A DNA stretch of 32,000 bases from Raphidiopsis brookii D9 (GTDB lineage: Bacteria > Cyanobacteriota > Cyanobacteriia > Cyanobacteriales > Nostocaceae): contig ACYB01000035.1 of assembly GCA_000175855.1 (NCBI GenBank), forward strand, positions 360,001 through 392,000, in the 5' to 3' direction. How positions within the stretch are numbered: the stretch's first letter is position 1; each line of letters begins with the position of its first letter. The notes under the pieces are model-generated. The model saw only the letters and a program-made list of their open reading frames with translations, searched no databases and was not told the DNA's origin. The position numbers were made by a program, and so were the translations under genes. Shown here piece by piece: positions 1 through 10,131 of this stretch.

Positions 1-51
1 GTTGGAAAACTACTATAATATGGTACAGAATTCTGAGCAAGGAAAAGAAAA

Positions 52-627
52 TTGCAAGAATCACAACAAAAAGCACCAATACACAAGATATCAAAAGAAC
101 CAACATTCTACTATTTTGCATACGGTTCTTGCATGTGCCCGGTAGACCTAAAGCGATCGCTTGGTGAGAATGTCCATCCTTACGTAATTGGACATGGCAT
201 ACTAAAAGAATATAGATTGAGATTTTATGGTTACTCCCACTTACGTAAATGCGGGGTTTTAGATGTGGTACAAGATAGTACATCTCTAGTTAGGGGCGTG
301 CTATACGAACTACCGTGGAGGTTCAGTGGAAATTTGGATAAGCGAGAGGGGGTATGCCAGGAATTCTATCGTCGTGAGATAGTTAACATTCAGCACGAAG
401 GTGAAATATACAAAAATGTTCGCACGTACGTTGTGGTAAATAAATTACTAGAGGAAATACCACCAAATGATTGGTATTTTAATGTAGTATTAAGAGGTGC
501 AATTACCTGTGGGTTACCAGAAGAATATTGCTGGCATTTGTTTGACAAAATGCACGGGTTACAACAGAAATCGCACCAAACCTCTAACATCGATAAAAAG
601 AATTTTAAGAAGACCCGCAACTCCTAA
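52..627 (+). CDS. Gamma-glutamylcyclotransferase-like (AIG2/GGCT fold) protein
   Basis: ORF of 191 aa with N-terminal FYYFAYGSCMCPVDLKR (YGS motif typical of GGCT/AIG2 proteins) and RGVLYELP. Confidence 0.65.
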   Translation: MQESQQKAPIHKISKEPTFYYFAYGSCMCPVDLKRSLGENVHPYVIGHGILKEYRLRFYGYSHLRKCGVLDVVQDSTSLVRGVLYELPWRFSGNLDKREGVCQEFYRREIVNIQHEGEIYKNVRTYVVVNKLLEEIPPNDWYFNVVLRGAITCGLPEEYCWHLFDKMHGLQQKSHQTSNIDKKNFKKTRNS

Positions 628-648
628 ACCCAGTAAACCTAGTAATGG

Positions 649-1245
649 TTAGTCTAATTCCCGACGACCTTCTAGTGCTTTAGCCAATGTAATTTCATCA
701 GCATACTCTAAATCACCACCCATAGGTAAACCGAAAGCGATGCGGGTTACCCTGGTAAATGGTTTAAGTAACCCAGCTATATACAGAGTTGTAGTTTCCC
801 CCTCCACACTAGGACTAATGGCCATAATCACCTCTTGGGGTTTTTGTTGACTGACGCGACGGACGAGAGCTTGTAAAGTCAACTGTTCAGGTCCCATACC
901 ATCCATAGGGGAAATCACCCCGCCCAAGACGTGATACTTACCCCTATACTCACGGGTTTTTTCCAAAGCAATCACATCGCGGGAATCAGCAACCACACAA
1001 ATAGTTTGACTATCTCGATGGGGATTGCGGCAAATTTCACACACAGGTTCTGCTGTAAGATGATAACAAACCTGACATAACCCCACTTGTTTTTTGGCAT
1101 CAATTAATGTTTGTGCAAGAGCTTCAATTTCAGACTCTGGACGCTTTAGGATATATAAGGCTAGGCGTTGGGCAGACTTGGGCCCCACTCCAGGAAGGCG
1201 TTGTAATTGTTCAATTAATCTGGCTAATGGGCGTGTATAAACCGT
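649..1245 (-). CDS. recR: Recombination mediator protein RecR; conserved N-terminus continues upstream of the tracked GTG start to a probable ACG start
   Basis: Zinc finger CQVC..CEIC, Toprim stretch [41 protein letters not shown]. In-frame upstream codons encode [26 protein letters not shown]. Confidence 0.93.
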   Translation of the reverse strand, partial: TVYTRPLARLIEQLQRLPGVGPKSAQRLALYILKRPESEIEALAQTLIDAKKQVGLCQVCYHLTAEPVCEICRNPHRDSQTICVVADSRDVIALEKTREYRGKYHVLGGVISPMDGMGPEQLTLQALVRRVSQQKPQEVIMAISPSVEGETTTLYIAGLLKPFTRVTRIAFGLPMGGDLEYADEITLAKALEGRRELD

Positions 1246-1360
1246 AGACTTTCTCCTGTATTTACTAAACTTATTTTATAGTGATGATGATATTAAGTTT
1301 AGCATTGGGTTGCTGGGCGTAACGTCTACAATTATTTTATATAGTATATATATTATTATA

Positions 1361-1843
1361 CTAAATATAGTACATAGGATTCTCCTGTGACCTTATTTCC
1401 CTTTCTTGACACAGGTCCTGTAAGGTGTAGCGACCTAACACCTCTACTGAAGCTATGTTGGCCCGCTCCCAAATTTCCCACACTAGGCTTTTCTCTATGG
1501 TCAAAACCTTAGCATTTCTCTTTTCATTCCTTTCCCCTTCTATTAAAGTAACTATCTCTAGCAAGCTGATCTCCCAAGGTTCACGCACCAATAAAAAACC
1601 CCCTTTTGATCCCCGCTGGCTTTGCACTATTCCTGCACGTCGTAATTGGGTGAGAATTTGCTCTAAGTAACGCTCTGGTATCGGTTGTTTGGCGGCAATG
1701 TCGTTGATCGTTAGAGTCGCTTTCTTCCCGTAATTAATAGCTAGCTCTAATAGTGCTAACAGTGCGTACTCCACTTTGGCAGACAGCTCTAAAAGTCCGT
1801 AATTTTGACTATTCCCGTCGGTGTTTAAAATATTATTGTTCAT
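1361..1843 (-). CDS. Rrf2-family transcriptional regulator
   Basis: SAKVEYALLALLELA..., NDIAAKQPIPERYLEQILTQLRRAGIVQSQRGSKGGFLLVREPWEISLLEIV is the classic Rrf2 winged-HTH signature. No Cys cluster typical of Fe-S Rrf2 proteins is visible. Confidence 0.88.
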   Translation of the reverse strand: MNNNILNTDGNSQNYGLLELSAKVEYALLALLELAINYGKKATLTINDIAAKQPIPERYLEQILTQLRRAGIVQSQRGSKGGFLLVREPWEISLLEIVTLIEGERNEKRNAKVLTIEKSLVWEIWERANIASVEVLGRYTLQDLCQEREIRSQENPMYYI

Positions 1844-2026
1844 TGATTTGTTTATGGGTTTTTATGCGAGACTAGTTGCTTTCTCATTTTGTGATACTAA
1901 AATATCATAACTCTATCGGTTTTTCGTATTTTTGTCTACCCAGAGCAAAAAACCTAAAAATCCATCTTTTAGGTCCTAATTTAATGTATACTACGATTAC
2001 TTAATCGATTAATTGTAATATAAGTA

Positions 2027-2617
2027 ATGATGCCATCATCTACAGATTTAAGTCAATTATCTGCTAACGATAATCAAAGGTACTTTACTCGGCGATCGCT
2101 TTTACCATCAGACCAGAGTCATCTTTGGCAAATAAATAGTGGTTTTGTTATGACTAATACATATTTAGAAGATGGAACAATGATAGCGCTGGGGTTATGG
2201 GGTGCGGGAGACATAGTTGGTGAGTCCCTGACAAAAATAAAACCTTATCAAGCACAGTGTTTAACTAGCGTGGAAGCAAGTTTGGTCTTTGCCCAGGACT
2301 GGAATCAATCAAAAACTGATTGGCTTAAACATATTGAACAAGCAGAGGAACTAATGGTAATTCGCGGTAATAAAAAGGTCGAAACAATGTTAATTCAATT
2401 ATTAGTATGGTTGTCGAAAAAATTCGGTTCTCAGGTGGAACAAGGACGTTTAATTGATATGCGGTTAACTCATGAAGACTTGGCCGGGTTGATCAGTTCC
2501 AGTCGCGTCACTGTTACCCGCTTATTAGGACAATTAGAACAGGAAAAAGTCATTGAGAGAAAATCTCTTAATCGAATTATTGTCCATCAAGAAGATATTT
2601 GGTACTATGAGATTTAA
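2027..2617 (+). CDS. Crp/Fnr-family transcriptional regulator (short cNMP-like domain plus HTH)
   Basis: C-terminal HTH DMRLTHEDLAGLISSSRVTVTRLLGQLEQEKVIERKSLNRIIV; N-terminal beta-roll fragment LWGAGDIVGES. Confidence 0.85.
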   Translation: MMPSSTDLSQLSANDNQRYFTRRSLLPSDQSHLWQINSGFVMTNTYLEDGTMIALGLWGAGDIVGESLTKIKPYQAQCLTSVEASLVFAQDWNQSKTDWLKHIEQAEELMVIRGNKKVETMLIQLLVWLSKKFGSQVEQGRLIDMRLTHEDLAGLISSSRVTVTRLLGQLEQEKVIERKSLNRIIVHQEDIWYYEI

Positions 2618-2630
2618 GGTCGACTAATCA

Positions 2631-3404
2631 ATGCCACAAAATTTAGATCTGTTTCATAGCTTCCTATTGCTTACTACAGCATTTGTTGCCGGTGCATTAA
2701 ACGCTGTAGCTGGAGGTGGTAGTTTTATTACATTTCCTACTCTTGTATTTCTTGGTATAGCTCCAATAAATGCTAATGCCAGCAACAACACTGCTTTGTG
2801 GATTGCTTCTATGGCTAGTGCCAGTGCATATAGACATAATTTAAATATTCCAAAACAACAATTTTTAGTTCTATGCTTAACTAGTTTAATTGGAGGAGTA
2901 ATTGGCTCCGTAATTCTGTTATATACATCACAGAATGTTTTTAAAAACCTACTACCTTATCTGTTGCTGTCAGCGACACTGATTTTCACGTTTAGTGATA
3001 TATTTAGAAAATGGTTACAGTTTAAAAGTCAACGATCCTTTGATAAACCACCTTTATGGGTACTGGTGATTGCTCAACTAGGAATTTCTATTTACGGTGG
3101 TTTTTTTGGTGCGGGTTTAGGAATTTTAATGTTGGCAACTTTAAGTTTTTTAGGTATTAAAAATATTCACTCAATGAATGCTTTTAAAGCCTTCCTCGGT
3201 AGTTGTATCAATGGTATTGCTATCTTTCCTTTCATTTATGCAGGTCTAATTGCTTGGCACCAAACTATATTAATGGCTATCGGTGGTTCCCTGGGTGGTT
3301 ATTTATGCGCTCATTATGCTTCTAAGTTAAAACCTAGTATTGTCAAAATATTTGTAGTTTTTATTGGATTTAGTATGACTACTTATTTCTTTATTCACAG
3401 ATGA
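2631..3404 (+). CDS. TauE/SafE (TSUP) family membrane permease
   Basis: GALNAVAGGGSFITFPTLVFLGIAPINANASNNTAL motif and multiple hydrophobic helices. Start lies 13 bp after the Crp/Fnr gene stop. Confidence 0.88.
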   Translation: MPQNLDLFHSFLLLTTAFVAGALNAVAGGGSFITFPTLVFLGIAPINANASNNTALWIASMASASAYRHNLNIPKQQFLVLCLTSLIGGVIGSVILLYTSQNVFKNLLPYLLLSATLIFTFSDIFRKWLQFKSQRSFDKPPLWVLVIAQLGISIYGGFFGAGLGILMLATLSFLGIKNIHSMNAFKAFLGSCINGIAIFPFIYAGLIAWHQTILMAIGGSLGGYLCAHYASKLKPSIVKIFVVFIGFSMTTYFFIHR

Positions 3405-3476
3405 AATTGACCACCATAGCTGACTTTGCGATCGCCATCAAGTTGAATTTCTGGTGCAATTTGCCTCACCATATCA

Positions 3477-4820
3477 TTAACCTACCCAATGATGTTGAGC
3501 GAATCCTATAGCTAACCTAAAAAGTAAAACCACAAATAAACCGACAGCTAGATAAGCTTGGCGGGGAAATCGGGACAACCAAGCACCAATAGCAATACTT
3601 AAAGGAACAATACCATAAGCTAGACGACTTAAAGATATGGTTCCTCCAGAAGCTAATAATAAACCGACTCCACACAAACCATAAATGACCATGAGAGGTG
3701 TGAGCTTGCGACGAAAATGCCACACTAAATAACTACCACCTACCACCATTAAAACATTGAGCAAATTGTTGATCACCCTCTGATCTACTAAAATCAATAA
3801 CACTGCTAATGTAATATAAACCAAATATGTCATAAAGGGATGCCAATATTTTTGCCGCAACCACAAAGTCACTGTGCCATAAACCATAAAACCAAAAAAT
3901 ACCGGATACCAAGGATCCCTAATTCCTCCATCATCTTTCCATACCCACCCAAAATTCCAATTTCTTCCCAAAATAATTTGCATCAACATATTTAACCAAC
4001 CTTGCCAATCAAAACCAAGAGATGGTCGCCATCCTTTTTGAGCAGCAATAAAGGCTAACGGATCATGAAAATTAATCGCACAATATATGCTAAATAATAT
4101 TAGCCCAGTAGCAGTTAACAAACTGGTAAAATAAGCTATTTTACCCCGCCTTTGTCTCCAAGCGGTCAGCAATAAAGCAGGAATTAAAGCCATTCCCGTA
4201 GGACGTGTAGCAGTTGCCATCGCTCCCCAAAAGGCACTTAAGCTATATTTTTCCTCATCAAAAGCTCTTAAACAACCAATGCTGAAGAATAAATATAATC
4301 CTTCTGTGTAAATTACCCCCGTAAACATGGACATGGGACAACAACAAATGACTATGGTTGTCCATTGCGCTACCCTTAAACTACAATGTTTTTTAACCCA
4401 AAAATATAATAGGTAAATCGCTCCTAAAAACGACAAATTGTTGATTAATAAACCAGCTATTTCAAAAGGTAACCCTATCTTCATTAAAACCCAAATGGTT
4501 ACGGGAAACATAGGAAAAAAAGCTAGATTATATTGTTGACCATCAGGGTAAAACTCGTAACCACTAGTGGCGATCGCCCGATAATGCACACTGTCCCAAG
4601 CATCAAAAATACCCCATGTACCATGGTCAAAAACGCTATCATCCGTCATTGGTATGTTAGGTGCAATTAGCAACATTCCTGCCCAAATCAGTAACCGACT
4701 TAGTAGCCATATAACTCCAGGAAAATATATGTTATCCTTGCCCAGATAGTTACTAATGAAGTTGTAACTAAACAACTTCTGATTAATTGGTTTATAACCC
4801 GCAAATTGACCCTTGGTCAT
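3477..4820 (-). CDS. Mannosyltransferase-family (PIG-V-like) polytopic membrane protein
   Basis: FDAWDSVHYRAIATSGYE, LAFFPMFP, GVIYTEGLYLFFS..A..TRPTG and many TM segments, as in bacterial PIG-V-like glycosyltransferases. Confidence 0.7.
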   Translation of the reverse strand: MTKGQFAGYKPINQKLFSYNFISNYLGKDNIYFPGVIWLLSRLLIWAGMLLIAPNIPMTDDSVFDHGTWGIFDAWDSVHYRAIATSGYEFYPDGQQYNLAFFPMFPVTIWVLMKIGLPFEIAGLLINNLSFLGAIYLLYFWVKKHCSLRVAQWTTIVICCCPMSMFTGVIYTEGLYLFFSIGCLRAFDEEKYSLSAFWGAMATATRPTGMALIPALLLTAWRQRRGKIAYFTSLLTATGLILFSIYCAINFHDPLAFIAAQKGWRPSLGFDWQGWLNMLMQIILGRNWNFGWVWKDDGGIRDPWYPVFFGFMVYGTVTLWLRQKYWHPFMTYLVYITLAVLLILVDQRVINNLLNVLMVVGGSYLVWHFRRKLTPLMVIYGLCGVGLLLASGGTISLSRLAYGIVPLSIAIGAWLSRFPRQAYLAVGLFVVLLFRLAIGFAQHHWVG

Positions 4821-4996
4821 ATTTAAACAAGAGAATTAAAGAAAACATATTAGATATTACCAAATACTAAGGAATTTATTCCTTTTACGTAAAAGGAGAA
4901 ACAAGATATAGAATTTGCCCAAAATAAAGAAGAATCTCTCCATCTTGATCCCTGACGGTGTCACAATTAGGAGTATCCGTAAATTGTTCAATCATT

Positions 4997-6187
4997 GTGA
5001 AAGCTATAACTCTTCTAGGTTCTACTGGTTCTATTGGTACTCAGACCTTAGATATCGTTTCTGAGCATCCAGACAAGTTTCGCATAGTTGGTCTTGCTGC
5101 TGGACGTAATGTAGAGTTATTTGCAGCGCAAATCCGCCAGTTTCGTCCCCAAATAGCTGCTATCTCCTGTGCTGATAAGTTACAGGAGCTGGAGGAAGCT
5201 ATCAAAGATATCTACCCCCAACCCATTTTACTATCCGGGGAAGCAGGTGTGGTGGAAGTCGCTCGTTATGGTAATTCCCAAACGGTAGTTACTGGAATCG
5301 TCGGTTGTGCGGGTTTACTCCCTACTATCGCTGCTATTGAAGCGGGTAAGGATATTGCTTTGGCAAATAAAGAAACTTTAATTGCTGGTGGCCCAGTGGT
5401 TTTACCCCTAGTACAAAAACACGGGGTCAAGTTATTACCTGCTGATTCGGAACATTCCGCTATTTTCCAATGCTTACAAGGTGTACCCCCAGCTGGGTTG
5501 AAAAAAATTTTGTTGACCGCTTCTGGAGGAGCTTTTAGAGATTGGCCAGTGGAACAATTGCCCACAGTTAGGGTTGCAGATGCTCTTAAACATCCTAACT
5601 GGTCTATGGGTAAAAAAATTACTGTGGATTCAGCAACTCTGATGAATAAGGGGTTGGAAGTTATTGAGGCCCATTATTTATTCGGTATGGACTACAATGA
5701 CATCGAAATTGTTATTCATCCCCAAAGTATTATTCATTCTTTAATTGAGTTACAAGATTCTTCTGTTTTAGCTCAGTTGGGTTGGCCAGATATGCGCCTA
5801 CCTTTGCTTTATGCCTTGTCTTGGCCAGAAAGAATTTACACCAATTGGCAAAGGCTAGATTTGGTCAAATGCGGAACTTTGACTTTTCGTGAACCAGATC
5901 ACCACAAATACCCTTGTATGGGTTTAGCCTATTCCGCTGGTAGAGCAGGTGGATCCATGCCCGCTGTTTTAAATGCAGCTAATGAACAAGCTGTAGCACT
6001 ATTTTTAGAAGAAAAAATCGGCTATTTGGATATTGCTCGCTGTATTGAATTGGTGTGCGATCGCCATCAGAACCAGTCTCATCCTTCTTTAGAGGATATC
6101 CTGCTAGCAGATAGGTGGGCTAGACAAGAAGTAATTAAAGCCACTGAAAATTTTAGTATACAACCACAGTTTATTTCTTTCCGCTAA
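4997..6187 (+). CDS. dxr: 1-deoxy-D-xylulose 5-phosphate reductoisomerase (tracked ORF starts at 4958; in-frame GTG at 4997 is the likelier start)
   Basis: [87 protein letters not shown]. Confidence 0.97.
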   Translation: MKAITLLGSTGSIGTQTLDIVSEHPDKFRIVGLAAGRNVELFAAQIRQFRPQIAAISCADKLQELEEAIKDIYPQPILLSGEAGVVEVARYGNSQTVVTGIVGCAGLLPTIAAIEAGKDIALANKETLIAGGPVVLPLVQKHGVKLLPADSEHSAIFQCLQGVPPAGLKKILLTASGGAFRDWPVEQLPTVRVADALKHPNWSMGKKITVDSATLMNKGLEVIEAHYLFGMDYNDIEIVIHPQSIIHSLIELQDSSVLAQLGWPDMRLPLLYALSWPERIYTNWQRLDLVKCGTLTFREPDHHKYPCMGLAYSAGRAGGSMPAVLNAANEQAVALFLEEKIGYLDIARCIELVCDRHQNQSHPSLEDILLADRWARQEVIKATENFSIQPQFISFR

Positions 6188-6210
6188 CTTTAACATCTCT
6201 ATCGCATTCA

Positions 6211-6240
6211 CCTACACCAGTTTGCTAAAAGTGGTGTAGG
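6211..6240. terminator. Hairpin between convergent dxr and thioesterase genes; candidate bidirectional terminator
   Basis: Perfect 9-bp stem CCTACACCA / TGGTGTAGG with 12-nt loop between two convergent stop codons. No strong U tract. Confidence 0.45.
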
Positions 6241-6269
6241 CAAGTGTCTTGACATTTTTAAACTTATAA

Positions 6270-6767
6270 CTACTTATAAGATGCCGCAATTTTAGCGATC
6301 GCCTCCTGGAATGTGGCGGGTAACTGACGCATAATTTTACCCCTTTCCCGATCTAACGCTACTAAACTTACTTGAGCAGTTACACATAATTCCTGATCAT
6401 CAAGAGAGACAATTTTATAGTCCCAGTTGATTCGCACACCTGTTACTTCTAGCATGCGGGTCTTGACCAAAGCCATATTTCCTAATTGTAGTGATCTATG
6501 ATAGCGTATAGACAGTTCTACAACTGGTAGATCACACCCCAAAGCTACCAAATCAGCATAATCAACACCAAAGGAGCGTAAACACTCTACTCGCGCCTCC
6601 TCCATCCAAGTTAAGTAGGTACCATGCCAAACTAATCCTGCATAGTCGGTATGATGAGGTTGTACTCTGATGGGATAGTCAAACCAGGTATCAACTTCAT
6701 TCTTTGTTAACTTGTCAATTGCACTTGCTGGTGGTAAAGTTCCTTGACCTGATGTTGTGTTGCTCAT
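6270..6767 (-). CDS. Acyl-CoA thioesterase, 4-hydroxybenzoyl-CoA thioesterase/YbgC-like hot-dog fold
   Basis: FDYPIRVQPHHTDYAGLVWHGTYLTWMEEARVECLRSFGVDYADL..G..LPVVELSIRYHRSL. Confidence 0.85.
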   Translation of the reverse strand: MSNTTSGQGTLPPASAIDKLTKNEVDTWFDYPIRVQPHHTDYAGLVWHGTYLTWMEEARVECLRSFGVDYADLVALGCDLPVVELSIRYHRSLQLGNMALVKTRMLEVTGVRINWDYKIVSLDDQELCVTAQVSLVALDRERGKIMRQLPATFQEAIAKIAASYK

Positions 6768-6785
6768 CTATACAAAATAACGTCC

Positions 6786-7127
6786 TTACTTCTTAATTAG
6801 AGCTTTCTGATTTGTACAAGGTTCTATAGAATGTTTAACTAGATTAGCTAGTTCTTGTAATTGCTGGATTGCTTCCGCTCCTTCTAACTTCATCAATTCC
6901 CGGTCATCCCTCATTTCGGTCCAGGTAATCCCATAGTCAGACACCAGAAAGCGGATGAGGTGATTATTCCCCAAACCCACCATAAATGAAGCACTGTTCA
7001 TTTGATCCCCACAGGTGTAGCAAGAAGCTGGGTAACCCTTGCGTTCTAGAACCATGGCCAGAGCTTGTAAGTTCATTACTAACTCTTGCACAAATTGTCT
7101 ATGTTCGTATGCTAGTCTCAGAAACAT
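6786..7127 (-). CDS. Conserved cyanobacterial protein (DUF1815-like)
   Basis: 113 aa; MFLRLAYEHRQFVQELVMNLQALAMVLERKGYPASCYTCG...; family assignment by recall only. Confidence 0.55.
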   Translation of the reverse strand: MFLRLAYEHRQFVQELVMNLQALAMVLERKGYPASCYTCGDQMNSASFMVGLGNNHLIRFLVSDYGITWTEMRDDRELMKLEGAEAIQQLQELANLVKHSIEPCTNQKALIKK

Positions 7128-7581
7128 TTTTTCCTCCAGACACCACGGTCATTTGAGAATGTTTTATATTTTATTTAGATTTTCCTATCCTTTGGTATTG
7201 TAGTCTATTCTCAACACTTTTGAGTAAATGCTTAGGTTAGCAATTAGCCACTTTGCCAAAGTAGTGGACAGTTGTCCTGGGTTTTGTATCAAATCATTCA
7301 CTTTGTTTTCCCAAAGCCTAGATAAAACTGATGAGGTTAACAATGCTGTTTAATGTTTAGTCTTATTCCTGGTTGGAATACTAAGGAATTAGCCTTTAGC
7401 CTAACCTAAATCTCCCGTTAGTCAAATTGGCAATAGTTGGATATTACACCCCCGTATGCAATTTTGAGAGGATTTAGCATTATTTCTTAACCATATCGTA
7501 ATTTTCCTTTTTCCCCCTGGGTTAACTACAGCTCCCACTACCATATTTCTAGCCAGATTAAATTAAATTATATTCATTAAC

Positions 7582-7821
7582 CTAAGCTACTACTTGCCAC
7601 CATCCAAAAGCGGGTCCGATAAAACGGATAGTCACCCATATAGCTACCATAGTTCCAATACCAATCCATGCTCCCCGAGTGGTTATTTTCACAAAAAGTT
7701 CCGCTTGAGATTTAGTAATGGGAACCCATGGCAATATGGGGGTTTCTTGTCCATAGTTCTCCCCCATAGCATTCTTCCGACGTTTTGCTTCACCCATAAC
7801 AAATAATTGATTTCGTTTCAC
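7582..7821 (-). CDS. Small membrane protein, DUF2839-like
   Basis: MGEAKRRKNAMGENYGQE..LPWVPITKSQAELFVKITTRGAWIGIG with one C-terminal TM. The real start may be the internal Met of MGEAKRRK. Confidence 0.6.
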   Translation of the reverse strand: MKRNQLFVMGEAKRRKNAMGENYGQETPILPWVPITKSQAELFVKITTRGAWIGIGTMVAIWVTIRFIGPAFGWWQVVA

Positions 7822-7853
7822 CTGCTAGTATATTTTATTTCCTCTCAAATTCA

Positions 7854-9413
7854 TCAATAGTTTTCTGAAGTATGGGAAAAAAGACTGGGATCAAGATAGT
7901 CTAAGCGTGCTCGGGGGCTAAGAGAAGCAAGAATCTGGGATCCATAACTGCGATTGACCACACGACTATCCAATAAAGCTACTACCCCCTGACTTTCTCT
8001 CACCGGAGCCAGGGCTCGTTGTAACTCACTTAGCGCAGTAGGCAGCAGGTACAATCTAAACCAGTCCTGGTGCGATCGCTTGTAATAAGCCACCCTACCA
8101 GCTACTAAAGGGTTCTCTAGGGATGGTAGGGGTAAAGTGGCAATAATCAATAACTGGGGTGCGGGCAAAACATTCTGGTGCGATCGCCAAAATTCCCAAC
8201 CACTGACGAGGATACCATTATCATCCAAGCAAGTTTTTTCCACTTGAACTCGTGAACCGAAGTCAGCAGCCAAAATCGCTGCCACTCTACTTTTGAGAGG
8301 TACATCACCGACTAACACTACAGTTAGGCCAGAAGCTGTGGCACTCAAACAAATCAGGGTACGGACCTGATGAATAAACGAAGCTTGAAACTCCGGTGTA
8401 TTGGGCAAAGGTAACTTATGAGGTAAATAAAGCTGAATAGCTTCAGCGTGATTGTCAGTGGAGAACTTCAAACAAGTTACATCTACTAAACCCAGGCGTT
8501 GGCGAAATAGGGGTGCTTCCGTTTCCGGTTCCAAAGCACTACCAATTAATACCACCGGTTGTCGTTGCCAAATGGGTGCTAATTTTGTTGCTAATTCTAC
8601 GGGTGCACAATGTAAATAAAATAGACCTTGACGACGAGCAACAGTGGACCAAAAAAGGGAAACAGAATTATCAATAGCGTTGTAGAAACATGACTGAAAA
8701 CTACGCCATATAGCTGGGAGATGGTCAGGATTTAAAGCGGAAAACAGAGTTTGTAAAATTTCAATTTCCTGTTGGCAAATTAGATAACAGTGGTATGGAT
8801 TTTCTGGATGCTGAAACAATTCATGAGTTAATTTTACCCTCACTTCTCGGATTAAATCCGCTTGGTGGGGACAAGCCCAGATGAGCTGATCCCAGTCCTG
8901 GGGATCAAGGTTTTGGGTCAACTGATTACGTACCCAATCTTCTAAATCGTCTACACCATCAATAATAGTAGGAATATGAGGAGGGAAACCAATGTGTTCA
9001 TTACTCAACTGCTCTTTTAGCCATGCTTGAGGGGAGGTTAAGAGTAAACCTTTAAAATCAGGATCAGGCCAAACATCACCTGTTCTAATAGATTTAGTTC
9101 TTCCTAACCACTGTTCAAGACGAGGTATTTCTGTGTTGAGCAATCTTTGCTGAATTTCTGGTAATGCTACGATAATTACTGGACCGGGCCACATTAAAGC
9201 GGAGGCAATAAAACTTGTGCGGTATCTTCCTTGATAACCACAAAGAGCCCCAACTTGAATTAAAGCACTACGTCCCAAACGTAAAGCTCTAGCTACCAAT
9301 CTTGCCATCGTTAGATGATGAGGCCAAGTTGGAAAACCCACCTGGGAGCGCAGGAAATTATGTAATGACAAATGAACCTCAGCCTCAATCACAGGTCTTT
9401 TACCCCATAACAA
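7854..9413 (-). CDS. DinG/XPD-like DNA helicase-related protein
   Basis: Long ORF with SALIQVGALCGYQGRYRTSFIASALMWPGPVIIVALPEIQQRL and a C-terminal region resembling the DinG-like helicase C domain (RVAYYKRSHQDWFRLYLLPTALSELQRALAPVRESQGVVALLDSRVVNRSYGSQILASL). Confidence 0.6.
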   Translation of the reverse strand: MLWGKRPVIEAEVHLSLHNFLRSQVGFPTWPHHLTMARLVARALRLGRSALIQVGALCGYQGRYRTSFIASALMWPGPVIIVALPEIQQRLLNTEIPRLEQWLGRTKSIRTGDVWPDPDFKGLLLTSPQAWLKEQLSNEHIGFPPHIPTIIDGVDDLEDWVRNQLTQNLDPQDWDQLIWACPHQADLIREVRVKLTHELFQHPENPYHCYLICQQEIEILQTLFSALNPDHLPAIWRSFQSCFYNAIDNSVSLFWSTVARRQGLFYLHCAPVELATKLAPIWQRQPVVLIGSALEPETEAPLFRQRLGLVDVTCLKFSTDNHAEAIQLYLPHKLPLPNTPEFQASFIHQVRTLICLSATASGLTVVLVGDVPLKSRVAAILAADFGSRVQVEKTCLDDNGILVSGWEFWRSHQNVLPAPQLLIIATLPLPSLENPLVAGRVAYYKRSHQDWFRLYLLPTALSELQRALAPVRESQGVVALLDSRVVNRSYGSQILASLSPRARLDYLDPSLFSHTSENY

Positions 9414-9419
9414 CTTTTT

Positions 9420-10016
9420 TTAACCAGTCACCTCAGCCATTTCAATAATTCTTCCTTCATAATCTTTCACCAAAAAGTTCAAAGGTTTTTGATTACGAAT
9501 CTTAAACTTTAACCCTCTAGTTTCCACCCGCACTAAGATTAAGTCTAAACAATCTCGGTCAAAACAAACGTGACGTTGTTGACTTTTACTACCTAGACTT
9601 GCACCAGTAATAACGTGTAGTTGGGTATTTTTCTTTAACTGGTACCATAGTCCATCATTGCCATTACTAATAGTTCTGTGGGGGACACTAGGGACAGAAG
9701 ACATATAAAGCGGGTCTATAGCTGTAGCACCTATAGTTTGTTCATAATTATAGTAGTAGTGTAGAGGTACTTCCGCAGCGGGTAGATCTAACAAACCCTG
9801 ATAGAGTTGTCGAGCAATTTCTAAGTCCGAGACCATTACAGTATAGACCTTGGGGGCGCTGGTGAGAAACATCCACATGGCACCAGCATAAGCTGCCAAT
9901 AGCATAATCATAATCCCCTGGGTGGAAAATAGACTATCCAAGGGTAGGGAGGGCAAAAAAGAGGCAATTGTCACTGGAATATGCAAAAAAGGTATCACAC
10001 TAGCTACTATAACCAT
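9420..10016 (-). CDS. Conserved hypothetical, possible glyoxalase/VOC-like region after an N-terminal TM
   Basis: 198 aa; KVYTVMVSDLEIARQLYQGLLDLPAAEVPLHYYYNYE. Ends 6 bp before the helicase-like ORF begins on the minus strand, so co-transcription is likely. Confidence 0.45.
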   Translation of the reverse strand: MVIVASVIPFLHIPVTIASFLPSLPLDSLFSTQGIMIMLLAAYAGAMWMFLTSAPKVYTVMVSDLEIARQLYQGLLDLPAAEVPLHYYYNYEQTIGATAIDPLYMSSVPSVPHRTISNGNDGLWYQLKKNTQLHVITGASLGSKSQQRHVCFDRDCLDLILVRVETRGLKFKIRNQKPLNFLVKDYEGRIIEMAEVTG

Positions 10017-10131
10017 GAATAAATCTAGATTGTATAGTGAATAGGTTTTTAGTATTGTTGCTAAAGACTAGCATATCGCTATCTCCTTAATAGTTTATAC
10101 TATAACCGACTTGAGCTGACATTTAAACCCC

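Noticed and set aside
390-620. Antisense ORFs nested in good genes (390..620, 1455..1670, 3517..3723, 5266..5565, 7594..7806, 11153..11407, 12426..12653, 14020..14250, 19047..19394, 19864..20082, 20098..20355, 20407..20652, 21100..21399, 24467..24736, 24944..25126, 28232..28432)
   Set aside because: Each lies opposite or across a better supported gene and shows no recognisable domain.
7129-7580. 450-bp intergenic region as a possible ncRNA locus
   Set aside because: Only short imperfect repeats around TTAGGTTAGC/GCCTAACCTAA seen. No convincing structure or promoter evidence without conservation or RNA data.
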